Below are positions 47,547 to 57,283 of a stretch of 64,000 nucleotides of DNA, one piece after another. The stretch is taken from positions 96,001-160,000 of the forward strand of contig CAVXWP010000013.1 of assembly GCA_963765495.1 (NCBI GenBank), read 5' to 3'. Position 1 is the stretch's first letter. Every line of letters starts with the position of its first letter. The notes below the pieces were generated by a model, which ran no database searches, was not told where the DNA came from, and saw only the letters and a program-made list of their open reading frames with translations. Both the position numbers and the translations under genes were made by a program. This DNA comes from Blastocatellia bacterium (GTDB lineage Bacteria; Acidobacteriota; Blastocatellia; UBA7656).

Positions 47547-48704
47547 TCAACTCGATGCACTTTCGCGGGTGAGGGCGCGGCCTATCACCATGCGCTGAAT
47601 CTGATTTGTTCCCTCATAAATTTGCGTGATCTTCGCATCGCGCATGTATTTCTCTATTGGATAGTCGCGGCAATAGCCGTATCCGCCGAAAAGCTGCACC
47701 GCATCGGTCGCCACGCGCATGGCCGTATCGGTGGCAAAGACTTTCGAGATGGCCGAAATCTTCGATATATCCTTGACTCCGGCGTCGACTGCCCGCGCGG
47801 CGGCGTAAACCAGATGGCGTGCCGCCTCTACCTGAATAGCCATATCTGCAAGCATAAATTGTATGCCCTGGAATGAGGCTATGGACTGGCCGAATTGCTG
47901 GCGATTCTTTGTATATTCGAGCGCAAGGTCGAGCGCCCCCTGAGCTATGCCAAGCCCCTGAGCCGCGACAAACGGACGCGCTACGTCTAGCGTCATCATC
48001 GCGTGTTTGAAGCCCCGTCCTTCTGTGCCCCCCAGGAGGTTTTCGGCCCGTACGCGGCAATCTTTGAAGTGCGTCTCGTTGACCGGGACGCAGCGAATCC
48101 CCATCAGGTCTTCGCGTTTGCCTACCTCAAAGCCGGGTGTGTCGCGCTCGATTATAAAACCCGTTACACCGCGAGTGCCCCGTTCCGGGTTCACCGTGGC
48201 AAGGACGGTGTAGAGGCTTGCCGCCTCCCCGTTTGTGGTCCATTTCTTATCGCCGTTTATGACGTAATCGTCGCCATCGCGTTCGGCCCGCGTCTTGAGG
48301 CTGCCCGCATCCGAGCCCGCAGACTTTTCAGAGAGCGCAAACGCGATCAGCTTTTTGCCCTCGGCTATGTCGGGCAGGTATTTTTTCTTTTGCTCTTCGG
48401 TGCCGCCCAGAATGATTGGAAACGAGCCCAGCGCGTTGACCACATACGTGCAGCCGATGCCGCCGCAGACGCGCGAAATCTCTTCGACGACTATGCAGAG
48501 GTTGAGCAGGCCGGAGCTTGCGCCGCCGTAATCTTTAGGCACCCACATGCCCATCAACTTTTCCTCTTGAAGCGCCTTGATGACGCCCCACGGATACTCG
48601 CCCGTGCGGTCGAGTTCGGCGGCTACGGGTTTGACGTACTGCTCGGCGAGGGCTCGCGCCTTATCGCGATACTGAAGGTTCTCTTTTGTTAAAAGCTCGT
48701 CCAC
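47547..48704 (-). CDS. Acyl-CoA dehydrogenase
   Basis: FALSE..AGSD, NGDKKWTTNG, RQQFGQ, QLFGGYGY and IYEGTNQIQ. Confidence 0.95.
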   Translation of the reverse strand: MDELLTKENLQYRDKARALAEQYVKPVAAELDRTGEYPWGVIKALQEEKLMGMWVPKDYGGASSGLLNLCIVVEEISRVCGGIGCTYVVNALGSFPIILGGTEEQKKKYLPDIAEGKKLIAFALSEKSAGSDAGSLKTRAERDGDDYVINGDKKWTTNGEAASLYTVLATVNPERGTRGVTGFIIERDTPGFEVGKREDLMGIRCVPVNETHFKDCRVRAENLLGGTEGRGFKHAMMTLDVARPFVAAQGLGIAQGALDLALEYTKNRQQFGQSIASFQGIQFMLADMAIQVEAARHLVYAAARAVDAGVKDISKISAISKVFATDTAMRVATDAVQLFGGYGYCRDYPIEKYMRDAKITQIYEGTNQIQRMVIGRALTRESASS

Positions 48705-48843
48705 AGATAATTCCTCCTTGTAATTGCTGACCCATACGAAATCCTGATTTTGATAAAGGAAGCAGGCAGTGAATGGCGGATTGTACAGCCCTCAACTGTG
48801 CCAGTCAATCCGGCCCAAACGTGTTTAAGGAAGCAACGCCGCC

Positions 48844-51330
48844 TTATCTGTTCACAAGCGCGGTTCGCAGCTTCTGCGCGGCTACAAGCAACAGCCCGCC
48901 AATCACACAAACCACAATCACTATGCGCCATTCGATGCCGCTCATCGGAGAAATCTCATAAAAGGTCCTTATCAAACGGACAAGCCTGTTGCCTGATTGC
49001 GAGCTCGCGGCCAGAAAGTAAACCAGTGTCATACAAGCGCCATACAGGATGTAAGTGCCTCGCCGTTTTCTGCCTCCTCCAACCGCAACGATTAAAAAGC
49101 TGAGAACCGATATGACGATCATGATCGAAAGCATCACCATATGCGCAACCTCAGAATCTACGCCCGACAGTCTGCCGCTTTCTCTGACAAGGTAACTTCC
49201 CACATATCCCGAGGCGACAATTACAAGGGCGGAAATCGCTACAAAAGAGATCATATCCAGAACGAAGCGTTTAGGCCGGTCTGTGTTTGAATTGGTCAAA
49301 GCGATTATCATGGCCGGCAGCCCGATGGCAAAGATATTGATCAGGGATACTCTTCGAGGGGTCAGAGGGAAATCCCACAGCAAAAGGGCAGAGATGAGCG
49401 TCAGGTATACGACCATGAAATTCTTTGTCAAAAACAGTTTGGCCACAGACCCTACGGTGTTGATGATCTTCTTGCCTTCCTCAAACACTTCGGGCAAAAG
49501 GGTAAACCGGTTCTCAAGCAAAATAATGTCGGCCACCTCTTTGGTTATGGAGGCCCCCTCATCCATTGCCAGGCCGAGGTCCGCCTGCTTAATGGCCGGC
49601 ACGTCGTTGACCCCGTCTCCGATCATTGCCGTGTGAATATTGCTGGCTCTCAGCGCCTTGATGATCTTCACTTTGTGCTCGGGTTTCAATCTGGCAAAGA
49701 CTACCCTTTTATCAACTATCCGGGCTAGCTGCTCTGCTTCGAGTGCGTCGAGATCAGCGCCTGTTATTATATCTTCATCGGTAACATTCCATCCGATGTC
49801 GCGGCACGTTGCAAGTATCGAGGTTGCCGAATCACCGGAAAGAATCTTGAATCTGATTCCCTCGGGTTCGAGCCCCTTTATTACATCGCATACATCCGTG
49901 CGTACGGTATCGCTCAGCGACACCACGCATAATGGATTGACTCGAATAAGACCCAGGTTATCCGAGCGCCGGTCAATTGCTTCAGGATTTACAAGCACGC
50001 CAAATAAGAGGTTGCGGTAAACATCGAGCTTCGCTTTCGAGAAAATCTCGAGCGACATTTCGCGGGCTTCGTCGTGGCAATGATCCATGATCACTTCAAA
50101 AGCGCCAAGCACATACACGACCTCCTGCCCTCGGCTCGTAATGCTCAGGGCGCTCATTTTTCTTTGAGAGCTAAACGGCACTTCATAGGCTGCCTGACAA
50201 AGAGAGTCCGCCTTGAATGACTCCAGGGCTCGAATGGTCGCGTTCTTATCCGACGAGAGCCGGGCATAAGTTCCGAGAAGGTTCTCAATCGCATCAGATG
50301 ACAGGTCTTCGGCAAGCGTGGTGACTTCGCGCACGGTCATACGATTTTGCGTAAGCGTCCCCGTCTTATCCATGCAAATTACTTCTACGTTGGCGAATGA
50401 TTCTACGGCATTGAACGCCTGAACGATGGCTCCGACCTTGCTGATACGGTAAACGCCTATGGCAAACGTCACAGAGGCCATCAGGACCAGCCCCTGAGGG
50501 ACCAGGCCGATAAGAATAGTGGCAAGCCTTCTCGCAAAATCGGCATCAACCTGTTTCTGGTAAATGCTTCTTGAGCCTTCAAGCAGACACAGCAACAGGG
50601 CAACGACAAACAGGATCATCACAATGCGATTGATATGCCGCTGTAAGGGGCTTACGGCGATCTTGAGTTGCTGGGCGGACCGCGTGAGTTTCGCGGCATA
50701 GCTGCTGTCGCTTAACTCGGTCACGACATAATAGCCGTTTCCCGAAAGACAGAAACTGCCGGAAAGAATAGTATCGCCCTTCACCTTTTCAACCGGGACC
50801 GACTCGCCCGTCAACAGTGATTCATCGATCTCCATGTGATTTGAGTATATTACTCTTCCATCGACGACAGCCTGATCACCCCTTTTTACAGCGATGACAT
50901 CATCAAGAACTATCTGATCCTGCGGGATACTTGAGACCGTGCCGTCTCTTAAGATTCCGACTTCCCTCGTCAGCAACATGTTCACTTTATCGAGCGCCAG
51001 CTTTGCTTTGATTTCCTGAAAGATGGCGATGGCGGTGTTAAAGAGAGCTATCGAGAATACGCCGACGGCATCAAGCAGCAGGCGGCCGTCCCGCGTTCCG
51101 ACATAGAAGGCAAGAAGAAATAAGACAATAAGACCGATAATTACATTGAATACCGATACGATGTTGTCGAAGAAGATGCGGCGGATGTTCTTTGTAGCCG
51201 ATTGAGGCGGTCTGTTGTATTGGCCGGCCTCAAATCTTCGGGCAACCTCGTCCGAACTGAGCCCCCTTACCGCAGCCCCCACCGGGCCTTCTCCGCTTTG
51301 TGCTGCGCCGATGCGCAAGCCTTCTTTCAT
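48844..51330 (-). CDS. P-type ATPase (HAD-IC, CtpE-like)
   Basis: LTGES, VPQGL, DKTGTLT, SGD and GDGVND. Confidence 0.93.
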   Translation of the reverse strand: MKEGLRIGAAQSGEGPVGAAVRGLSSDEVARRFEAGQYNRPPQSATKNIRRIFFDNIVSVFNVIIGLIVLFLLAFYVGTRDGRLLLDAVGVFSIALFNTAIAIFQEIKAKLALDKVNMLLTREVGILRDGTVSSIPQDQIVLDDVIAVKRGDQAVVDGRVIYSNHMEIDESLLTGESVPVEKVKGDTILSGSFCLSGNGYYVVTELSDSSYAAKLTRSAQQLKIAVSPLQRHINRIVMILFVVALLLCLLEGSRSIYQKQVDADFARRLATILIGLVPQGLVLMASVTFAIGVYRISKVGAIVQAFNAVESFANVEVICMDKTGTLTQNRMTVREVTTLAEDLSSDAIENLLGTYARLSSDKNATIRALESFKADSLCQAAYEVPFSSQRKMSALSITSRGQEVVYVLGAFEVIMDHCHDEAREMSLEIFSKAKLDVYRNLLFGVLVNPEAIDRRSDNLGLIRVNPLCVVSLSDTVRTDVCDVIKGLEPEGIRFKILSGDSATSILATCRDIGWNVTDEDIITGADLDALEAEQLARIVDKRVVFARLKPEHKVKIIKALRASNIHTAMIGDGVNDVPAIKQADLGLAMDEGASITKEVADIILLENRFTLLPEVFEEGKKIINTVGSVAKLFLTKNFMVVYLTLISALLLWDFPLTPRRVSLINIFAIGLPAMIIALTNSNTDRPKRFVLDMISFVAISALVIVASGYVGSYLVRESGRLSGVDSEVAHMVMLSIMIVISVLSFLIVAVGGGRKRRGTYILYGACMTLVYFLAASSQSGNRLVRLIRTFYEISPMSGIEWRIVIVVCVIGGLLLVAAQKLRTALVNR

Positions 51331-51486
51331 GATATTTGTTATCTCCTGTCGCAGTGAAAACCCTGAGAATCAAGATCAGCAAAAAGCGATCTCGAAAGGC
51401 GACGAGGCGAGCGTTATGCCCGGGCGCGTATTCAATCACTGCCGCCTTCGAGAAACTATACTGGTGGGGATCGGGCTATAAAAGCC

Positions 51487-52515
51487 TCAATTGCTTGTGG
51501 ACATCAGCAAGACGCCGTCGGTAGCCATTGCGGTCAATTGCTCTTCGGCGTGCTCGCGCAGTTGAGCGGGCGTCATACGCACCATCTGTTCGAGCGTGTA
51601 TGCGGCAAGCACTCGTCTGGTGACTTCGTATCCGAGCAGGTATCCGCCGCGCAGAGGCACATCACCTGTGGGCGAGTTTGTAAACCATTGCTCATAGAGA
51701 TCGGGGGGGGCGTCGTCTGCGATTATCCCAAGATAACGCTGCGAGCTTACGACGAGGTCTTCTTCCTGAGCGGCAAATTCCGAGCTCGAAAAATGCAGAT
51801 ATAGCTCGCCCGGCTGAAAAGGATAGACCGCCTCGGCTCCGGCAACGGCCATGCCTTCGATCATCAAGGGCATGTGAGCCGTGCGAATCTCATCAAGCGA
51901 AGGTTGTTGAAAGAGAAATCCGAAATGATAAAGATGAAAAAATTCGTGACTGAGCGCCACAAGCAGTTGTTTCTCCGAATAATCCGCAAGCACATCGGCA
52001 CCAAGGCACAGAGTGTCGGGAATGCCTTCTTCGTTTTGAACGGGTCTGACAGAACCGTCAAAGCTGAACATGCTCAAGCCTATGTAAATATCTTTCTGCT
52101 GCCGGTATTCGGGAAAGCGCGATTTGAAATAGACGAGCGCCCTGACCAGATTATACTTAGCTTCCAAATTGAACTTGCGAATCCCTTCAATGCGCTCCGG
52201 CACGCGCAGGAGGAACTCTTCAAGCATCAATCGTCGCTGTTCGGGGTCGGCGTGGCGATAGACAGCCCGCTCGAAATAATCTTTATGTGGTCTTTCGACC
52301 ATCCTCCTCCAGAGTCGCTGCTGGCGTTTGGAATTGAGGTCTTTAGCCAGATCCCAGAAGGCCAGAAAATCATCCACCACGTTTATGATTTCGTGCCCGT
52401 CAAGCAGACTGCTCAGCCCCGAGCGGTCAATCGGCTGATTGGGGCGGGCAAAAGAAAGCTGTCCTGAAACAAGGATGACAATAACGGCGAGAGCTAGTTT
52501 TTTTAATCCCGGCAT
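51487..52515 (-). CDS. Exported DUF2268-like Zn-dependent protease
   Basis: Signal peptide; HEFFH, EGMA and GYLLGY. Confidence 0.7.
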   Translation of the reverse strand: MPGLKKLALAVIVILVSGQLSFARPNQPIDRSGLSSLLDGHEIINVVDDFLAFWDLAKDLNSKRQQRLWRRMVERPHKDYFERAVYRHADPEQRRLMLEEFLLRVPERIEGIRKFNLEAKYNLVRALVYFKSRFPEYRQQKDIYIGLSMFSFDGSVRPVQNEEGIPDTLCLGADVLADYSEKQLLVALSHEFFHLYHFGFLFQQPSLDEIRTAHMPLMIEGMAVAGAEAVYPFQPGELYLHFSSSEFAAQEEDLVVSSQRYLGIIADDAPPDLYEQWFTNSPTGDVPLRGGYLLGYEVTRRVLAAYTLEQMVRMTPAQLREHAEEQLTAMATDGVLLMSTSN

Positions 52516-52749
52516 CTGCTTGTTCCTTATTCCACTCTGTCAGAGCGAACCCGAATGAATAAGAACACAACCCTCGACATCAGGGCTGCTCGCTGCTCGG
52601 AGGAAGCCGCCGGCAAACCTACCGGAGCTATCACTGTGAACGCGCGGAGCGGACAAAAGTTGCAGCCTCATTACTTTAAAACAGATTAATGGAAACTCAA
52701 ACGGTAATCTTGCTGCCCGGCATCTTGCGCCCCGTTCAGGGCGAACAGT

Positions 52750-55700
52750 TCAGGGGGTCAATCGCTCGTAGAATTCGAATTCGGCCTCGGCCTCGCCCAG
52801 TTTGCCAAGCCTGCGATAGGCTTTGCTCAGATAATAATGGGCCAGAGCATGATCGGATTTGATCGTGAGCGCCCGTCTTAATTCGTCAATCGCGCGATAG
52901 GTCATCGGATCGTCAAGCGAGCGTTCGGCCATCACTTCATAGGCCGAGCCAAGCTGGAAATGGCCCTCCGCGTCCGAGGGGGCAAGCCGCACATACTCTT
53001 CAAACATCTGCGCCGCCTCTTGATAAAGGCCGAGTGGCACCAGGGCGGTCCCGAAATTCAGATAGAAAGTCTGGATGCTGCGCGCATACCGGGCATCGGG
53101 CAGAACCTTGCGATATTCGATCACGGCGCGTGCGCTGTCGCCCGTAGCTTGATAGGCAAGCCCGCGCAGGTGATGAGCGCGCGTGTTTTCGGGTTCTACT
53201 TTCAGCGCGTGGTCGAGAAAGGGCGCGGCGCGCAACGGTTCCTGCTTTGTCAAATAGAGCTTGCCGAGATTGATCAGCGTATAGAAATGATCGGCGTCGA
53301 GTTCCAGGGCGCGCTGCCATTCGCTGACAGCCCTCTCCTCATCGCCCCCGGCAAAGCGGAGTTCGCCCAGCACGCTTCGCGCTTTCGCCGTCTCGAACGT
53401 GTCGAGCGAATAGGCGATAAACTGTTCAGCCCGACCCGTGTCCTCACGCTTTATTGCCGAGAGCGCGGCTTCGGTCAGAAGATCGGCCGTCGCGCGCTCG
53501 TATTCGTTTACGCCGTCCAGATAAGGCAGAGGCGATCCGGCAGCCGCAAGCAACTGCTCGACGTTGCGCTCAACCGTCTCTTCGGTAGTGCCTACGTGAC
53601 GGGGCGCGCTGAATTCTATCAGCGCGTTGTCGTCGGTATTGATCGGAGCGCCGGATGAAAACCGCCGAACCTCGTCAGTGCCCAGATAAAATCGCGAGAC
53701 AAGATCGCTGGCCTCGGATATGTTTATGCGCCTGAGTGTGGCGGCCACCTTCTCATCCTCAAGGTGAGATTCGATTGAATCGCGATTCAGCCGCAGGGGG
53801 CTGTTGCTGCCTAAAAGCATCAGATCGCCTTCGGCCCCGCGAAAGATTTGCACGTGTGGAAAAGCGGCGTGAAACGTGGCCACGAGCGCCCTCACATCTT
53901 CGGGCGGCATCTCGTATATCTGCAACCACTGGCTGAAGACGCCGCCGTCTTTAAGCCTCTCAGCACCACGCTTGAAATACTCCAGCGTAAACAGATTTGC
54001 CACTCCCGTCACCCACGGATTCGACGGCTCTGAAACTATCACATCGAATTTTTCGGTGGTCGTATAGATGTAGTTGCGCCCGTCGTTGGCAATCAGGCGC
54101 AACCGGCTGTCTTCGAGCGGGCGGTTGTTCACATCATCAAAATAGTGCGAGGCTTCAATCACCGCTGGTTCAAGCTCCACGCAGGTGACGCGATTGATTG
54201 GAAACTGCTCGATGGCCCCAAGCGTTATGCCGCTGCCGAGTCCGACTACAAGCACATCGTCGGTTTGCCTTCGCGTAAGCAGAGGGAGCGCGCCTATCAA
54301 AATCTGGGTAGGCATATCGCCTGCGGTCGAGGCTTCGGGCTTGCCGTTTACCTTCAGAATGCGATGCCCGCCCTGCTTCTGAACTATGACCGTTGCCGTG
54401 AGCCCTTCTTTATAATATGCGGTCTCGCCCTGCCCGTGTTTGAGGTATTCGGAAAACTCCTGCCGACTCAGCTTCGCAAGCGAAGGCGCATAACGATAGA
54501 CGGCGCTCGACATCACGTCGGAATCCCAGGGCGGATCGAAAATAATCACCGCAAGCACGAGCACACAGGAAAGAGCGGCCCACAACCATTCTCGCCCTCG
54601 ATATGCGCCTTTCCATTTCGCCTTCGACCCGACCGCCCCGTCATCGCTTTTCCCGCTCCACATGTTGATGACGAGAAGCGCTGCGGCCACTAGGAAATTG
54701 AGAGACACGCAAACCTTCAAACTGCCGAGCAAACCGAGCCATGGTATCAATATGAACCCGCTCGCGAAGGACCCCGCGATAGCGCCTACGGTGTTTGCCG
54801 CGTAAGCGTCGCCCACCATACGGCCCGCGGCCTGCCCGCCAGCGCGAGCCGATACGACTCTTACTACCAGCGGGAACAGCGCGCCAAGCATCAGCGTAGG
54901 CACGATCATCACAAAAGACGCGATCAGAAACCTGATGAGAAGCAACACGGTGAAGGCCGAACCTTCGAACCACTTATAGACCTGCACGAAGACATAAGGC
55001 AGATCGTTGAAGAGATAGGCGCCGATCAAAGATGTAAGGCCGACGCCAATTTCAATCAAGGCAAAGGCGAAAACAGGTCGAGGGATTCTGTCTGCGACGC
55101 GCGCCGAGAGGCTGGCTCCAAGCGCGATGCCAGTAAGAAAAGTCGTCAGCATTATGCTGAAGGCATAAACGGAAGAGCCTATGATCAGGGCCAGCACACG
55201 GCTCCAGATCACCTCATATGACAGGGCCACAAACCCGCTGAGCGCAAACCCCACGAGCACCGCTATCAATTGCCCGCGTCCGAGCGGCTCTACCTGAATC
55301 GGGGAGACGTCCCCGCTAGAGCGGCCTTTTCTTTGACCGTTTGCCTGTCTTCTGTTTCGGCGCTGGCTCAACAGCGCGAAAGGCCACGCAAAGACTGTCT
55401 TTCGCTCACGCCGCCTCTCGCTGCGTTTTTCCGTAAAGCGAGTCTCTTCCGCAATCTGATCAGGAGAATAATTTGTTTGATCCGAAGAGCCGGTTTCCAG
55501 CCTGCGCGAGAGCGCGAGCGCCACGGCCCCGAGAATCAAATTTATACCCGCGGCAGTACTGGTAGTGGCTTGCATGCCAAGCACCGGGATCAAAAGAAAT
55601 CCCGTGGACGCCGCGCCGATGACCGCTCCAAATGTGTTGATCGAGTAAAGCGAGCCTACGCGAAAGCCTATGCGGCTCAGGTCGCGCGCATAGTAACTTG

Positions 55701-56169
55701 AAAGCACCGGCAGAGTAGCGCCCATAAGCGCTGTCGGCAGAATCAGGACAAGCGCCGCAAATAAAAATCTGACCACGCTCAAAGCAAAAAACGACAGATG
55801 GAGTTCCTGATATATCGGCTGATAAACCTTAGGAAGAACAGAAAAAATTATAGGGACCGCAAGCCCGTAAAGACCTATTCCGAGTTCAAGCAGCCCGTAA
55901 AGACGGAGCGGGCGATTGATCTTTTCCGACCGCCGGCCAAAGGCGAAACTCCCAAGCGCAAGTCCGCCCATAAAGGCCGTGAGCACAGTGCTCACAGCGA
56001 AGGTCGTAGCTCCAAAGATGAGGACAAGCTCTCGGGCCCAGATCACCTGGTAGACCAGGCCGCTCATCCCGGAAGCGAAAAAGCACAGCAATATGGTCCA
56101 TACTGCCTTGCGCTGTTGATTGCTGCTAACTGCTTTAGATAAGGCCATCCGGTATAAAAAAACAAACAA
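52750..56169 (-). CDS. Fused membrane (MFS-like)/spermidine-synthase protein with C-terminal TPRs
   Basis: FFASGMSGLVYQVIW repeats, VGLGSGIT, VELEPAV, DGR and DVIVSEP, followed by TPR helices. Exact start uncertain. Confidence 0.85.
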   Translation of the reverse strand: MFVFLYRMALSKAVSSNQQRKAVWTILLCFFASGMSGLVYQVIWARELVLIFGATTFAVSTVLTAFMGGLALGSFAFGRRSEKINRPLRLYGLLELGIGLYGLAVPIIFSVLPKVYQPIYQELHLSFFALSVVRFLFAALVLILPTALMGATLPVLSSYYARDLSRIGFRVGSLYSINTFGAVIGAASTGFLLIPVLGMQATTSTAAGINLILGAVALALSRRLETGSSDQTNYSPDQIAEETRFTEKRSERRRERKTVFAWPFALLSQRRNRRQANGQRKGRSSGDVSPIQVEPLGRGQLIAVLVGFALSGFVALSYEVIWSRVLALIIGSSVYAFSIMLTTFLTGIALGASLSARVADRIPRPVFAFALIEIGVGLTSLIGAYLFNDLPYVFVQVYKWFEGSAFTVLLLIRFLIASFVMIVPTLMLGALFPLVVRVVSARAGGQAAGRMVGDAYAANTVGAIAGSFASGFILIPWLGLLGSLKVCVSLNFLVAAALLVINMWSGKSDDGAVGSKAKWKGAYRGREWLWAALSCVLVLAVIIFDPPWDSDVMSSAVYRYAPSLAKLSRQEFSEYLKHGQGETAYYKEGLTATVIVQKQGGHRILKVNGKPEASTAGDMPTQILIGALPLLTRRQTDDVLVVGLGSGITLGAIEQFPINRVTCVELEPAVIEASHYFDDVNNRPLEDSRLRLIANDGRNYIYTTTEKFDVIVSEPSNPWVTGVANLFTLEYFKRGAERLKDGGVFSQWLQIYEMPPEDVRALVATFHAAFPHVQIFRGAEGDLMLLGSNSPLRLNRDSIESHLEDEKVAATLRRINISEASDLVSRFYLGTDEVRRFSSGAPINTDDNALIEFSAPRHVGTTEETVERNVEQLLAAAGSPLPYLDGVNEYERATADLLTEAALSAIKREDTGRAEQFIAYSLDTFETAKARSVLGELRFAGGDEERAVSEWQRALELDADHFYTLINLGKLYLTKQEPLRAAPFLDHALKVEPENTRAHHLRGLAYQATGDSARAVIEYRKVLPDARYARSIQTFYLNFGTALVPLGLYQEAAQMFEEYVRLAPSDAEGHFQLGSAYEVMAERSLDDPMTYRAIDELRRALTIKSDHALAHYYLSKAYRRLGKLGEAEAEFEFYERLTP

Positions 56170-56487
56170 GAATTAGAGCGTGAAATCCACTGTGGCCACA
56201 AAGGGCCGTCGACATTGCACGGGCCACGGTTTCAGATGCCTTGTTGGGCCTGAAACTATGGCATCCGTGTCGGGCTGAAAGCGACCTCCTCTACTATTTT
56301 TGCAGACAGCCCTCACAGGTGACAAGCCGCAGACAGTTTCAGGGAGAAGATATGGACATTCAGGTTGTGATACGGTATTTTCATGCTACGAATAAAGGTG
56401 ATTGACAGATAGCGAAGCGAGGCAGATCGCTCGGGTAAGAATTAATATCTGGAAGTTACCTGCGAGACCGATTTTAGAATCAGATAA

Positions 56488-56531
56488 GGCGGCGTAGCTC
56501 AGGTGGTTAGAGCGTGGGATTCATAATCCCG
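56488..56531 (+). tRNA. 5' half of tRNA(CAT), probably elongator Met; T-arm and 3' acceptor strand missing
   Basis: GGCGGCG TA GCTC AGGTGGTTA GAGC G TGGGA TTCATAA TCCCG, then non-tRNA AT-rich sequence with no GTTCRA. Confidence 0.8.
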
Positions 56532-57283
56532 ATACTTCGCCTTCCTTCCTGTTCTATCTAATCTTATAACCTTCTATTTACTGCGATTTGCAGCCAGCCG
56601 CGTAGTAGTGGATTTCGATAGATTTCTATGACTTTCTATAAAAGTTTGCCACAAATATGCCACACGCTTTCTCGATCTAAGTTTCGGCACGCCACACAAT
56701 AGGCGCTTGTGATCTTTGAAGGCCAATGTCTGGCGGAGCGCATCAAGTGTGGGCGACCTAATTGCCGGTGTGCGAGGGGACAGCTTCACGGTCCCTACTT
56801 CTACCGATGCTGGACACAGAACGGGCAAAGGCGGAAGGTCTAGTGCGGAAGCGTGATGTCTCAGCCGTCAGAGCCGCTTGTGATGTTTATCGCTCCGAGA
56901 GAAGGCTTCTCCGACTTGAACGACAGGTGGTTACTCAACAGATTCGCCGGTTACTCGACAAAGAAGGGCGGGGCCAAAACCGGCGAGAATGATCCGGTTG
57001 ATCGCCTCCCTCAACGGTAGCGACAACGCTACGACCCTAGCCACTCTACACCCTGGGACATTCATCAGCTACGCACAGATCGGCCCGGCAAGTATGGGGA
57101 TCTGCCGATTATAGTCGGCCTTATCTCTTTCACCTTAACGATGCTAGCAATTAAAGCGGGCGCGATAGACCTTATGGAGCCTTCGTTTCACTGGCAGGAG
57201 CGAACCAGGAAGAAGCGTAGCGGCACGATCCGCGAATCGGTCACGCATATGACCAATTCGCGGATCTGATCAATGGCGCGCGG

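Noticed and set aside
52560-52740. c-di-GMP-I riboswitch (GGCAAACC seen)
   Set aside because: The GAAA-capped P2 and the GCAAAGC elements are missing, and the orientation does not fit the flanking genes.
56762-56992. 76-aa ORF at the island edge
   Set aside because: No RBS or motif; may be a remnant but cannot be supported.
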